Made by a program: the position numbers and the translations under genes | Notes under the pieces: generated by a model | The model's database searches: none | What the model saw: the letters and a program-made list of their open reading frames with translations, nothing else | Told to the model about the DNA's origin: nothing | Shown here: positions 24,277 through 35,339 of the stretch, in pieces | How the letters are laid out: each line of letters begins with the position of its first letter | Position numbering within the stretch: the first letter of the stretch is position 1 | Source of the DNA: Blastocladiella emersonii ATCC 22665 | Lineage: Eukaryota > Fungi > Blastocladiomycota | Length of the DNA: 64,000 nucleotides | Direction of reading: 5' to 3' | Assembly: GCA_025594325.1 (NCBI GenBank) | Contig: JANHCV010000012.1 | Span: forward strand, 496,001-560,000

Positions 24277-25398
24277 TCAGTCGTCGGACGACCAGTCGCC
24301 GCCACCCGGGAACCAGAAGATACCGAAGCCGCCGCCCGGCATGATGCCGCCGCGGTCCCTTGAGAAGAAATCAAAGTCTACGGTGACAGCGGCAGCGAGG
24401 GCAACGGCGCGCTCGTCGAGGTACAGCGGCTCGACGTCGTCGCCGTGGCGGCCCGTGAAGTGGATCGCGTAGTGGCCCGAGTCGGTGAACAGCTCGCGGC
24501 CGAGCCCCGTGAAGTTGCGGTCGATGAGCGCCATCTCGTTCCCCGCCTCATCTTCCAGAGCAAACTTCCACGACAGCAGCGGCGCGTCGATCCGGGCAAA
24601 CTGCTTCCCGTCGCCCGTGAACAGGTTGTACCGGCGTCGCCACAGGTGCCACTCCTGCTCGACCGCCCCAATCTCGCGGCCGTCGGGCGTCGTGATCGTG
24701 ATGGTCGAGTTGATCCAGTTGAACGGGCGGTACACCTGTAGGAGCATCTCGCCGCGCGCGTTCAGGATCGTCGCGCGCATCGCGCGGTGCGTGTGCAGGA
24801 AGTTGCGGAAGATGGATTTCGCGAGCGAGTCTTCCTCCACGATGTACCCGACGTCCACGCCCAGCTCGTTCTTGATCGCGTACTGGTTCGCCTGCTCGTA
24901 CCCGACCAGCACGTTCAGCATCTCGATCTGACGCACGACCGCGAGCTGCGAGCCGCGGAACAGCTCCGCCGCCGGGTCGAGCGACGACAGCACCGAGTTC
25001 TCGGCCACGGGGACGACCGACAGCGCGCTGCTCGAGTCCATGGCGGCCTGCGCGCCCGCAGCAGCGGTGGCCGCAGCGGTGGCCGCAGCGGTGGCGGCGG
25101 GGTACGTCGCCAGCGGGTTCCACAGCTTGGACTCCTCGAGCGCCGCGCGCGCCTGCGCGAGCACCGGGTCCTCGGGGACGGGCTCGGGGGAAGCAGCAGG
25201 GGCGACGGGACGGCGGGGAGCCACGACGCGGCCGCGGCGCACCGACGACTTGCGCAGACTCGACATAGACCGCGCGAACGGGACCGTGGCGGCGGCGGGC
25301 GGGGCGGCAGCGAGCGGGGCGCGCGCCAGGCGGGCGGTGGTGGTCGAGCCCGCGACGGCGAGCCGTAGCAGGGAAGGTTGCATTAAGTGACGATACAT
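24277..25398 (-). CDS. AIM25: Phospholipid scramblase family, mitochondrial Aim25-like
   Basis: RQIEMLNVLVGYEQANQYAI, EQEWHLWRRRYNLF, DERAVALAAAVTVDFDFFSR; targeting-like N-terminus. Confidence 0.85.
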   Translation of the reverse strand: MYRHLMQPSLLRLAVAGSTTTARLARAPLAAAPPAAATVPFARSMSSLRKSSVRRGRVVAPRRPVAPAASPEPVPEDPVLAQARAALEESKLWNPLATYPAATAAATAAATAAAGAQAAMDSSSALSVVPVAENSVLSSLDPAAELFRGSQLAVVRQIEMLNVLVGYEQANQYAIKNELGVDVGYIVEEDSLAKSIFRNFLHTHRAMRATILNARGEMLLQVYRPFNWINSTITITTPDGREIGAVEQEWHLWRRRYNLFTGDGKQFARIDAPLLSWKFALEDEAGNEMALIDRNFTGLGRELFTDSGHYAIHFTGRHGDDVEPLYLDERAVALAAAVTVDFDFFSRDRGGIMPGGGFGIFWFPGGGDWSSDD

Positions 25399-25684
25399 GG
25401 TGAGTGAGTGCAGTTTGTTGATTGTTGATGGGAGGGAGAGAGAGGGGGGGGGGGGTGAGTGCGTTGACGTTCGTCAACTCGCCGCGCCGCGCACCGCCGA
25501 GGCACGGGATGACCAAGCCGCCACGTGTGGTGACCACCGCGTCTCCCGCTCGCCTCGCTGACGTGTGTGCGTATCGTTCAGGCGGGAACGTGTCGCTCAA
25601 AAGGGGCACGAGTGAGGGCACATGGATCAAGCGAAGCAGGTGTATTGCGTGCTAGAAACCCGCTCGCATCCTTCAACCCGCGTT

Positions 25685-26841
25685 CTACGCGCACTTGGGC
25701 AACCCCGCAACCGCCTTCTTATCGCACTGGCTCTGGCACCCGGTGCCGCAGTACGCGGCCGACGTCCCGCACCACCCGAACTGGCTGCAGCACGCGCCGC
25801 CCGGGCACAGGCGAGTCGCCGAGCACTGTGACCCGCCCGCGGCCAGGACGCAGCGGGACTCGGGGACCGAGCCGCCGCCAGAAGTGCTGCCGCAGGTCGT
25901 CAGGTTCGGGATCGCGAGCTTGTTGCACTGGCTCTGGCAGCCTACGCGAGGGGAGCGCGAGGGGGAGAGGGCGAGGGTTAATGATCGAGCCGCGACGAAA
26001 GAAGGGAGAGTGGACAGCGTACCGGTGCCGCAGTGCGCCTTGGTGGTGCCGCACCAGCCGTACTGCGAGCAGCACTGCCCGCCGGGACACACCTGCAGCG
26101 CCGAGCACTGCTGCGCCGTCGACTGGATCACGCAGCGCGTGGGCGTCGGCGCGGGCGGCGTGGTGGTGGTCGTGGTGGTAGTCGAGGTGGTCGTGGTAGT
26201 CGTGGTGGTGGTGGTCGTCGTCGTGGTAGTCGTAGTCGGCGGCTTAGGCGGCGTCGACGCGACCATACGGATATTACTGATCTTGAACCCGGGTGTGCCG
26301 GTCCACGAGAAGGCGTAGGTACGGGTCCCGTCGACACGGCTGAAGTCCTTGCGTAGGAAAATGTACGTCGAGAACCCGATATCGCCCGACAGCCCCGTGG
26401 CCGCCGTGAACGACGTGAACGCCGACGGTGTCGTGGTCCCCGAGCACGACGTGGCATCGTGCACCTGGATCTCGACCGTCAGCTCCGCCGTCAGGCTCGG
26501 CGCCACGTAGTTGAAGTAGATCATGTTTGCGTTCGCGCAGGTGCCGTCCGCGGCCACCAGCTCGGTCCACTTGCCGCTCGGCTACATGCAGGGCGAGCGA
26601 GGGGGACGGTCAGCGAGCGACTCCTGGATTCCCATGCGCGACGCGCGCGACGCTGAAAACGTACGCCGAGCGTGACGCCGCCGTTGCCCAGCGTGACGTC
26701 CGTGCCGAAGCACGAGTAGCCGAGGTTGTTGGTCGTGCGGTCGGCCTTGGAAAAGTCGTTGACGAGGTACTCGACGCGCTGCGCGTGCGCCGCCGCGACC
26801 GCGAGCACGGCCACGAGGAAGGTTGCGAGTAGTGTGCGCAT
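25685..26841 (-). CDS. Secreted non-catalytic protein: unknown N-terminal beta-rich domain, Thr/Pro linker, two CBM18
   Basis: Signal peptide [20 protein letters not shown]; introns 26582..26664 and 25942..26022; two CCSQ(Y/F)GWCG modules. Confidence 0.85.
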
Positions 26842-27479
26842 ACTTTGCTGCTTGTGTCTAGCAGGGAGCGAGGGGAGGGAGAGGAGAGAGCGGAAGCGCC
26901 GTATTTGAGGCAAGGGGCAGGGGTGCATGCAAACAACAAAAACCTTGCCAGCGGCAGAGGCGCATTTTCGAAGTGCGAGACACGGCCCGAGCATCCCGAT
27001 CAACCCGACTGACCTGCTGGTTGGTCAGGGGCAAGCCAACACGCATTTCGGGATTCGCGACATGATGAGTGCTCTCACGACTGACTGATGGGAGACACGT
27101 TCGGAAAACTCACGCGGAACCTGAGTGCCTCACACCTCTCGCACGCGAGACCAGGGCAGCCCAGGTTCGCTCTGGGATAGTCTGAGAGCGTGGCTTGGAT
27201 CGACTCGGAGCTACCAGAACTCGAAGCGCCTCTCACCTTCCACCGCATGCTCGAGCACGGCGGCGTTCATGACCGAAACGGGAAAGCAGGTAGCCGAGCC
27301 ACACCACGTGGCATGACCACCGCGTAGCGAGGCGCCTAAAAGCACGAGTTCTCCTGCTCACAGGCGGGCGCACGAACCACGGCGCTAAGTAAAAATTGTT
27401 AGGTAGAAGGTTAATCGATTGACTCGTACGCAGGCGAGCGAGCGAGCGCAGCACTAACGGGACGACGCGAACGACGAAA

Positions 27480-27720
27480 CAGGCACACGTCGGAAGCCCC
27501 GCGACCGCTTGCTTGTTACACTGGCCCCGGCACCCGGCGCCGCAGTAATCGGCCGTCGTGCCGCACCACCCGTACTGCGAGCAGCACATGCCATCGGGGC
27601 ACATGTACGTCGCCGAGCACTGGAACACGCCCGCGGGCAGCGTGCTGCTGCCAGCCGGGACGGGCACGTCGATCGGGTCGAGTGCGCACGTCGCGAGGCC
27701 CGGGATCGCACGGCGATGCC
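27480..27720 (-). pseudogene. Orphan CBM18 module lacking signal peptide and start
   Basis: [48 protein letters not shown]; stop upstream in frame; abuts the broken 3' end of LRR copy 1. Confidence 0.7.
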
Positions 27721-27759
27721 ATCGTTAGATGCACCAATGTCGCCGAGAGCATTTTGAGT

Positions 27760-28726
27760 TCAGGTGCACGACGGAAGCCTTCCGCCGAGATAAAGCTCTG
27801 AAAGAGCCAAAGGAACAGAGCGGAACAAAGCCTTCGCGTCGCGCTGGCTTGCGATGGGATTATACATGAGGCTAAGCAATTTCAGGCGTGCTGGAAATGG
27901 CGACTTGTCGCCTTCATTAGTAAGCTCTGCTGCACCTTCGCTGGCCCGATTATAACTCAAGTGTAGCTCAGTAACCGACGAGGGGATACTCAGCGCACAG
28001 AGCGTGAAAACGTGAGGTCGCAGTGTTCGAAGTGTAAGGAATCAATGTGGGCAGTCGGTTCAGACATGGCGCGTGCAAGGGCAGATGCGCCGACCTCGGC
28101 GACTCGCATTCCAAAGCAATCGACACTTGTAACGGAGCCACTGCGGACCAAAGGAAGTAGCGAGGTGATGTAGGCATCTCCAGGCGGATCGATTTCGCGG
28201 TCGAGCATCTACCAGTACGCCACGAATTATGTAAGTTCGAGTTCGAGTTCGAGTTCGAGTTCGTTCACGTCACACGATCATGCGGCGTAGCGTACCACCA
28301 CGCCTAGGTAGTCTTCATCGCTGATTTCTTCGTTTGGCGCGATGGTCCCGTTGAAGTGTACATGGATCGTGGGTGTGAGCACGCAATCGGGCAGCTGGAG
28401 CCCCGAGCGGCGCCACCAATCAAGTAACTTGAACAACTGCGAAGCGTCAGTTATCGCACGACTCGTGTAGTGCAGCGGGAGGCCGGAACGGCGCCACTCG
28501 TCAAGCACGCGGATGCGGCCGGCCGCACTGGCATTATCCCTGGAAAGTGCTGTAGCGTGGCTCAAGATGACACGGTGCACGCTCGGGATGTCGTCGCGTC
28601 GCATGCGTGCGAGAAGCGCAGCAGCGAAGCAAGGTCGTCCGGGTCGGTCGCCCAAACGGCGAAGCACAGCGCTCGCTCGATGATGAGCGCGGGCAATGCA
28701 GGAAGTTTAGTTTTCATTGGCTTCAT
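27760..28726 (-). pseudogene. F-box-like/ANK-like/LRR family copy 1, frameshifted and 3'-truncated
   Basis: Close paralog of copy 2 including the upstream region. Frameshifts at ~28610 and ~28005, phase-0 intron 28209..28295, homology ends after ELYLGG (~27775). Confidence 0.8.
28236..28263 (+). repeat. (GTTCGA)n hexamer microsatellite inside the intron of LRR copy 1
   Basis: gttcgagttcgagttcgagttcgagttcg. Confidence 0.8.
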
Positions 28727-28991
28727 GTGTTGTCATGGGTGGCCTCGAGAGAGGGGGAGAACGGTAGACCGCGGCGAAGCGAGCAAACGAGCGAACTCGC
28801 CGAACTCCAAGCCACGTGCGAAGCCCGTCACAGACCTCAACATGACCCACGCGTCTCCACCGGCGCGACTCCACTTGTTGGATTTGCTTTGGCACTCGCG
28901 GGCAAGACCTTGCCAGGGAGCCGGACGTATCAGTAACGCTGGAAAAATCAGGGCACAAATGGAGTGTATTAGTTTGAGCTGGAAGGTGCAC

Positions 28992-30582
28992 TCATGCATT
29001 GTTTGCCTCCACCAAACCAAGCCGTTGACCCACGAGGAACATGTCGGCAATCTCTGACACTTCAACGTGGAGTTTGCTCCAGAGTCTTTGAAAGGACAAT
29101 GGGTCCGGCACTTCGCCATTTGCGGGAACCGTCGCTTCGTACAAGCTGATCCACCTCAGCGACGGCGGGACCCGCTCAATCAAGGCCTCGAACCCCGCGC
29201 GATGGACGACCGCGCCCGTCAGGTCGAGCGCCGTGATGCTGGATGGAAGCAAGTCCATGAGTACTGTGAGCCCAGCTTCCGTCGCATCGACATACTGGAG
29301 CCATAGCATTTCGAGACCCGGTGCAAAGTGGAAGCCCGTGGCGAGCACGCCAACCCCGATGTCGCCCAGCGGATTGTTGCCGATGTTGAGACACTGGAGC
29401 TTGGGCGGCATGTGGTGCACGAATCGCGCTGCGCCGACCGGATCGATGAGATTGTACGCCAGGTCAAGCCAAGTGAGCGTGCGTGGCAAGTGCGGCGCGA
29501 GAATGCCCAGGTGCTGAGTGTCGAGTTCGCAATCCGAGAGCGACAAGTCCCGAAGGCTTGGCGGGAAGCAGCGGGCGAGCACGCGTGCGTTCTCGATGCT
29601 AAGACTTACGCCGTCAAGGTAGAGCTCGACCAAAGTCGACGGAAGTGATAGCAGAGATGCCTCGGCATCTCGCGAGCATTTGAGAATGTTGGACGAGACG
29701 GAAAGAAATTTGAGGCTGGACGGGAACGGCGAAGCTCCGCCGTCCTTCATGAGGTCAGCAGCGCCCTCCCACGACCAGTTGTAATCGAGCATCATCGTGG
29801 TGACTGTAAGGGGGACTTCGAGCGTTTGAAGCGTCGCAAACGTGATGTCGCAGCTTCGGAGTTCAAGGCAGTTGACACTGGCGTTGGGCGCCGCCATGGC
29901 CATGGCAAGAGCAGAAGCACCGGCGTCGGTAATACGTCTACCACAGCACTTGACTTTGTTGAGAGCGCCGATGCGAACGTCCGAAAGCAGTGACAGGAGA
30001 CAAGCGTCGCCCGGCGGATCGTCATTCCGTTCAAGGATCTGTGTGAGTTCGTAGCGTCCAGTGGTTAAAGATGCTTTCGTCGTCCACAGCGCAACAAACG
30101 GCTGTGGCCACACGTACAAAATCACCCTCATCGCCGTCGTTATTCTCGTGCGTGTCGTTTGACACGTCCGAGTCGTCGTCGTCAGCGTCAGGGTCATAGG
30201 TTCCGCCGAAATGAACGTAGACAGCGGCATCAACGAGGCACTTTGGCAGCTCAAGGCCCGACCGACGCCACCAGTCAAGCACCTTGTACGATCGCGAGGC
30301 GTCGAGGATCGCGCGTTTCGTGTAGCGCAGCGGAAGGCCGGAGCGGCGCCACTCGTCAAGCACGTTGATACGGCAGGACGCGCTGGCCTCATCCATGGAA
30401 AAATCAGTTGCGTGGCATAGTAAAGCACGGTGGACGCGCGGTGTGTCGTCACGGAGCATGACTCGCGTGTAGTGAAGGAGCGAAGCAAGGTCGTCCGGGT
30501 CGGTTGCCCAAACCGCGTAACAGAGAGCATGGTCAATGACCGTTGCTGGTAGTGCAGGAAGTTGAGTATTCATTGGCTTCAT
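28992..30582 (-). CDS. F-box-like/ANK-like/RI-type LRR protein, copy 2, intact
   Basis: LPALPATVIDHAL leader; SMDEAS..RINVLDEWRRSGL..LDWWRRSGL; phase-0 intron 30039..30117; repeats LxxLxLxxN/C..GxxGAxALA. Confidence 0.8.
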
Positions 30583-32114
30583 GAGTTGTCATGTCGTGGT
30601 GGCCCCGAAAGAGAGGGAGAAAGGCCGACCGCGGCGAGCCAGCGAAGTCGCCGAACCCGAAGCCACGTGCGCCGCCTGTCACCACACTCAACATGACCGA
30701 CGCGTCCCCACCGCAACCGCTACTCTCTCTCACGAGCACGTGACGGCTCTGATGTTAAGCAACGAATATATAACTTCAAATCTCTAACTCCACAAGCATA
30801 GAAACACATTCGATCCGCGGCCTCGCGCACGCACTCGTCGGTCCTTATCGGTCTGTTTGACGTGTCCTGTCCACAGCGATGTTCGAACAACCGCGCAGCA
30901 GCAGCGACGAGAGACGCGTCTCTCGTGCCGCCCCGGATGGGGCGAAGAGTTGAAGGCTACCGCGGTGCCCTCCTCCGCTGCGTCACGGATGAGATGCGAG
31001 CGTACGCAGCAAGATGCAGAGCGCCCACAGAGCGAGCGAGGGCTAGTGCGTGCGCGAGATCGTGAACCGGATCTGCGGTATGTGCATGGAGTGCGAAAAT
31101 GGATTTGAGGCGAGTGACGATGGCGTCGATGTTTGGGCGGAAGCCGCAAGTTACCAAGTTCAACTTTATGCCCTCATGTGGGCAGTAAGCAAAGCATGCG
31201 TTCACAAGAATTGAGCGCTGAGCCATTCAATCGGCATTGAGGTGAGCAGGCTCAAATGAGTGATTGCAATGGTGCGTCAAGCAAATGCTGCGCAGAGCCG
31301 TCCCGAGTCCGAACCTTTCGTGCCAACCGCCTCCGCGGCTGGACACCGAGCCTCTGATTAACCTTCAAGTCAACGCCTAGAAACCACAGTTGGTGACCGT
31401 TCGATTTTTTACTGAAGCACTCGATAACCGAGGGCCAAGCTCGATAATGAGAGACAGCGAGTTTGTATAGCGGCCTGGCTTGCGACTGCCCAAGCGTTCC
31501 AGTGTCATGACAGCACCGAGGGAAAGTGTCCATCGAGATCAACCTTCGAGGCGGAGCCGCGCCACATCACTCTTCGCGTCGCTCTCACATGCGGTAGCAA
31601 CAAGAGAGCCCTCGATTCGCAAGATTGGCATCCTCCAGACAGCCAGGCATCGGTCCGGCGGAGAGCAGCCGCGGAGCCATGATGCAGAGGAGCAGCTCGC
31701 GGTAGCAGCATTCGTCAAGCCATGTCACGCTGAGAGTAATGCATAGAGTTCCATTCGTCTAGGTTGCGAGATACGCAAGGGCGAGGGGGTCGATGGAGAG
31801 CCGAGACCGAGCCGGCCCGCTCGCGCGAAAAGGCGACGACGCCACACGGCACGGTCGGTCACGCGGGCTTGAATGCCGCGTTGCTCCGGGCGGCCGCCCT
31901 CGCGAGCAAACAGCTCATCTCTTTTTGAAGCTGTAAGGTTCCCCGAGCCAAGAGTTAAGACTCATCAAGCGCGCGCTACACGTCTCCTCCCGACGCGTCT
32001 CACATCGCGTGCGAGACACACGCGCGCGCCGCGGTCGGCCGGCGTATCGGCTCCCGCGGAGAATCTTCGTCGACCACGGCCGATACAGCCGCTCTATGCA
32101 TACTCACGCCCACC

Positions 32115-35100
32115 ATGCAGCTCATGAGACTCGGTGCAACGCGATGGCGGCCAAGGCCACGGTCCATGGCCGCGACGTGGTTGCTGGCGGTGGTCGCGGT
32201 GCTCACGATGTGTACACGGCTCGCAGCGGCCCTGTCCGAGTTCAAGGTCCGCGCGCCACCCGCTAGCCGACGGTTCGAGCGCTAACCGCGACTGCAGATC
32301 TCGGTGAACCTACCCTTCAACACGACGTGCTGCGGCCCCGTCATGGACGGCGTGATGAGCTACATCGAGCTCCTCTCGCCCTCCCTGAACCAGCTCGACC
32401 CAACGGGCTCCATCCAGTTCAAACTTCTCCGGCGCGGGACCACGTACACGGCGATCGGGTCTACATCCGCAGCACAAGCCGCGCTGCTGGACGACGGCGC
32501 GCACGCGCTGGTGACCGATTTCTCGAGCGCGCACACGATCCCGGCGGTGCTAGCGGGCGCGCGGTACAACGCGTGGACGTGCAGCGGGTCGTCGACGTCG
32601 GTGCAGCTCAACGATAAGGAGAACTACCCAAAGTTCTTCCGCGCAATCGCCCCCGACGACGTGCAGGGCGCGATCTTGGCGAAATTCATCTCGCATATGG
32701 GGTGGAGCACGATCTGTGTGCTCGCGGCGTCCGAGGCGTACGGGCTCAGCGGTACGTGTTGGTGCGCACGCAGGAGACGCGGCTACTGACGAGAGTGTGA
32801 CCTCTAGTGTCAACTTCGCTCATCGCCAACGCGGCCAAGTACAACCTGTCGATCGTGTCGAACCAGGTATTCGAGGAGACGCGGTCCGATTTCTCGACGC
32901 TGCTGCAGAACGTGGTGCAGAGCGAGTCGAACATCATCGTGGTCCTCGGGTCACCCGAGATCTTTGTCCCGCTCATGCGCGAGGCGCGGTACGCTTCCCC
33001 CAACCCCTCCCCCACCCCACCCCCCTAACCACTACTCCCTCTCACGCTTAGAAAACTCGGCCTGTTCTCCGACTCGTACGTGTGGCTGGGCTCCGAGGCG
33101 TGGTCGTACTACAACCTGATCGCGGGCCTGACGGACGAGGACATTGAGAACGTGAACGGGTTCCTGTACGTGATGCCGCTCGAGGACAGCTTCACGGCCG
33201 AGTACAACGCGAGCGTGGCCAAGTGGAACGCCGCGTACCCCGGCCAGGTCCTGCCCTCGTACTCGCACTTTTTCCAGGACTGTGTCACGGCGCTCGCGCG
33301 CGGGTTGCTCAAGGTACGCGTGAACGCTCGCCGCTGTCGCGTAACACTGACCCCGCCGCCGGCCGTGTGTAGCTCTCGTCGCGCCTCGGCGTGTCGACGG
33401 TCCTCTCGCGCAACTACACGGCGTCGCTGGGCGAGTTCACGACGTCGTTCGACGGGGTTTCGGGCGCCGTCGCCTTCGACGCGCTGGGCAACCGCATCTC
33501 GTACTTTTCCGTGTACAACTACTACCGCAACGCGTCGACCATGGTATACGCGATCGGTCCCGACCTGTCGATCCAACCCCGTTCCCCCGTCCGCTTCCAC
33601 TCGGGCACGTCCGTCGTCCCGCGGGACCGGCTGGTGAAACGGCCGCTGTTCCTCGACTGGCACCTGCCCGCGGCACAGGCGCTGGTCGCGCTGGACGCGG
33701 TCGCGGGCGTCGCAATCGTGCTGGGCACGGGGTACCTGTACCGGTACCGCGGTGTGCCGGACGTGCGCAACCTGTCGTTCCCGTTCCTCGCGATGATCAG
33801 CTTTGGGTGCGTGCTGGTGCTGGCGAGCAACGTGGTGGGCGTCGGGACGCCGAGCACCGCGTCGTGCTTGCTCGGCGAGTGGGCGTTCACGCTCGGGTTC
33901 AACCTCGTGATCACGGCGGCCGCGGCCAAGGCGTACCGGGTACTTGACCATGGTTCGCTCACTTACCGCGTCGCTAACTTTCGTGCGTCGCGTAGATCTG
34001 GCGCCTGCTCTCGACGCGCAAGATCACGCCGAGCGGGAGCTACGCGAACCGGACGCTGTACCGCGGCGTCGCGCTCATCTCGCTCCTCCAATCCCTTCTC
34101 CTCGCCATCTGGACGGGCGCGTACCCGTTCGGCCCGTCCGTCATCAGCACGCGCGCGTACTTCCACTACCGGTGCACGTCCGCCTCCCCGACCTTCTACA
34201 CGATCCTGATGGTCATCAACTTCGGCTTCAACGGGCTCCTGGTCTGCGCCCTCGTCGCGCTCGGGTACAAGACGCGCCACGCGGTGCAAAAGTTCCGCGA
34301 GTCGGTCTTTCTCCTCGCGGTCGGGCAGAATATCCTGATCTCGTCGCTCGTCGTCGCGCCGTTCGCCTTCTTCGACTTTGGGGGGAGTACGCTCGAGGCC
34401 GCGTATATCAAGCACGCCGTCGTCATCTACGGCGTCGTGTTCGCGTACGTCGCGCTCGCGGGGCGGCTCGTGCCTGCGGTCGTCAAAGCGCAGAGCGGCG
34501 GCAGGAAGCGGGTGGGTGACGGCGGGTACACGGTGTCCGAGCTGCGGGCGCCGCAGAACGCGAACGCGAACGGGACCAAGACCCAGGTCAACAGTCGAGC
34601 GGCTGGCGGCGGCGGGGGCAAGCCGGCCGTCGTCGCGTCGTCATTCTCCGTCGACGACGACGGCGACGGGGACCACGGCGGCGGCGGCAAGGGCGGCGGC
34701 GGCGGCATGCCCCGCCGCGACCGCGACCACGACCACGACGGCGGTGGTGGCGGCCAGGGCGTGACCCCGAGCATGCTGCTTCTCTCGCAAGAAGACGTGA
34801 CGGGCGTACAATCGACCGTGATCGAGGGCGTCTTCACCGTCCGCTTCCCTTCACCCTCCTCCCTCACCCCGCACCCCGCCGCTGCGCGGTACGCCGTCGA
34901 GCTCGACACGGTCAAACGGCGCGTCATCTTCCTCCCCGCCGACCCCGCACCCCCATCACCGCTGCACCACGGCTCGGTCGTCCGCCTCGTCCCGCCCGTC
35001 TCCCTCAAGGCGGCGCCCGACGGCCGCGCCGAGTGCGTCGCGGTCGAGCTGCCGGACGGGCGCGGGCGGTACGAGATTGGGTTCCGGAGCGTGGCCGAGG

Positions 35101-35222
35101 CGGAACAGTGGTTTCTGTTGTTGTCGATTCCGCTGCGCAGCGCGGGCGGCGGCGGGAGTGCGGCAAGGAGGACGGCGGCGGTGTCGGAGCACAGCGTCGA
35201 GTCAAGGGGGAGCGGCGTGTGA
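32115..35222 (+). CDS. Class C GPCR (Venus-flytrap + 7TM_3) with PH-like C-terminal domain
   Basis: Signal peptide; SGSSTSVQLNDKENYPKFFRAIAPDD..GW flytrap motif; seven hydrophobic segments with C..W...LGF..AKAYRIWR. Introns 32247..32297, 32752..32807, 32989..33051, 33314..33372, 33940..33995. Confidence 0.85.
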
Positions 35223-35339
35223 AAGAGGTGGATGGGGAGTACATGTGTATATTGTATCAGCGAGCTGCGGGCGGGAGAGAGAGTTGAGCGGGGTAGGAAA
35301 TGGGTTCAATGATGGACAATCGTGCGAGCGGGCGGGGTC

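Noticed and set aside
30957-31542. Reverse-transcriptase relic (FLGVDL, GIKLN)
   Set aside because: The motifs occur in the wrong order and there is no YxDD.
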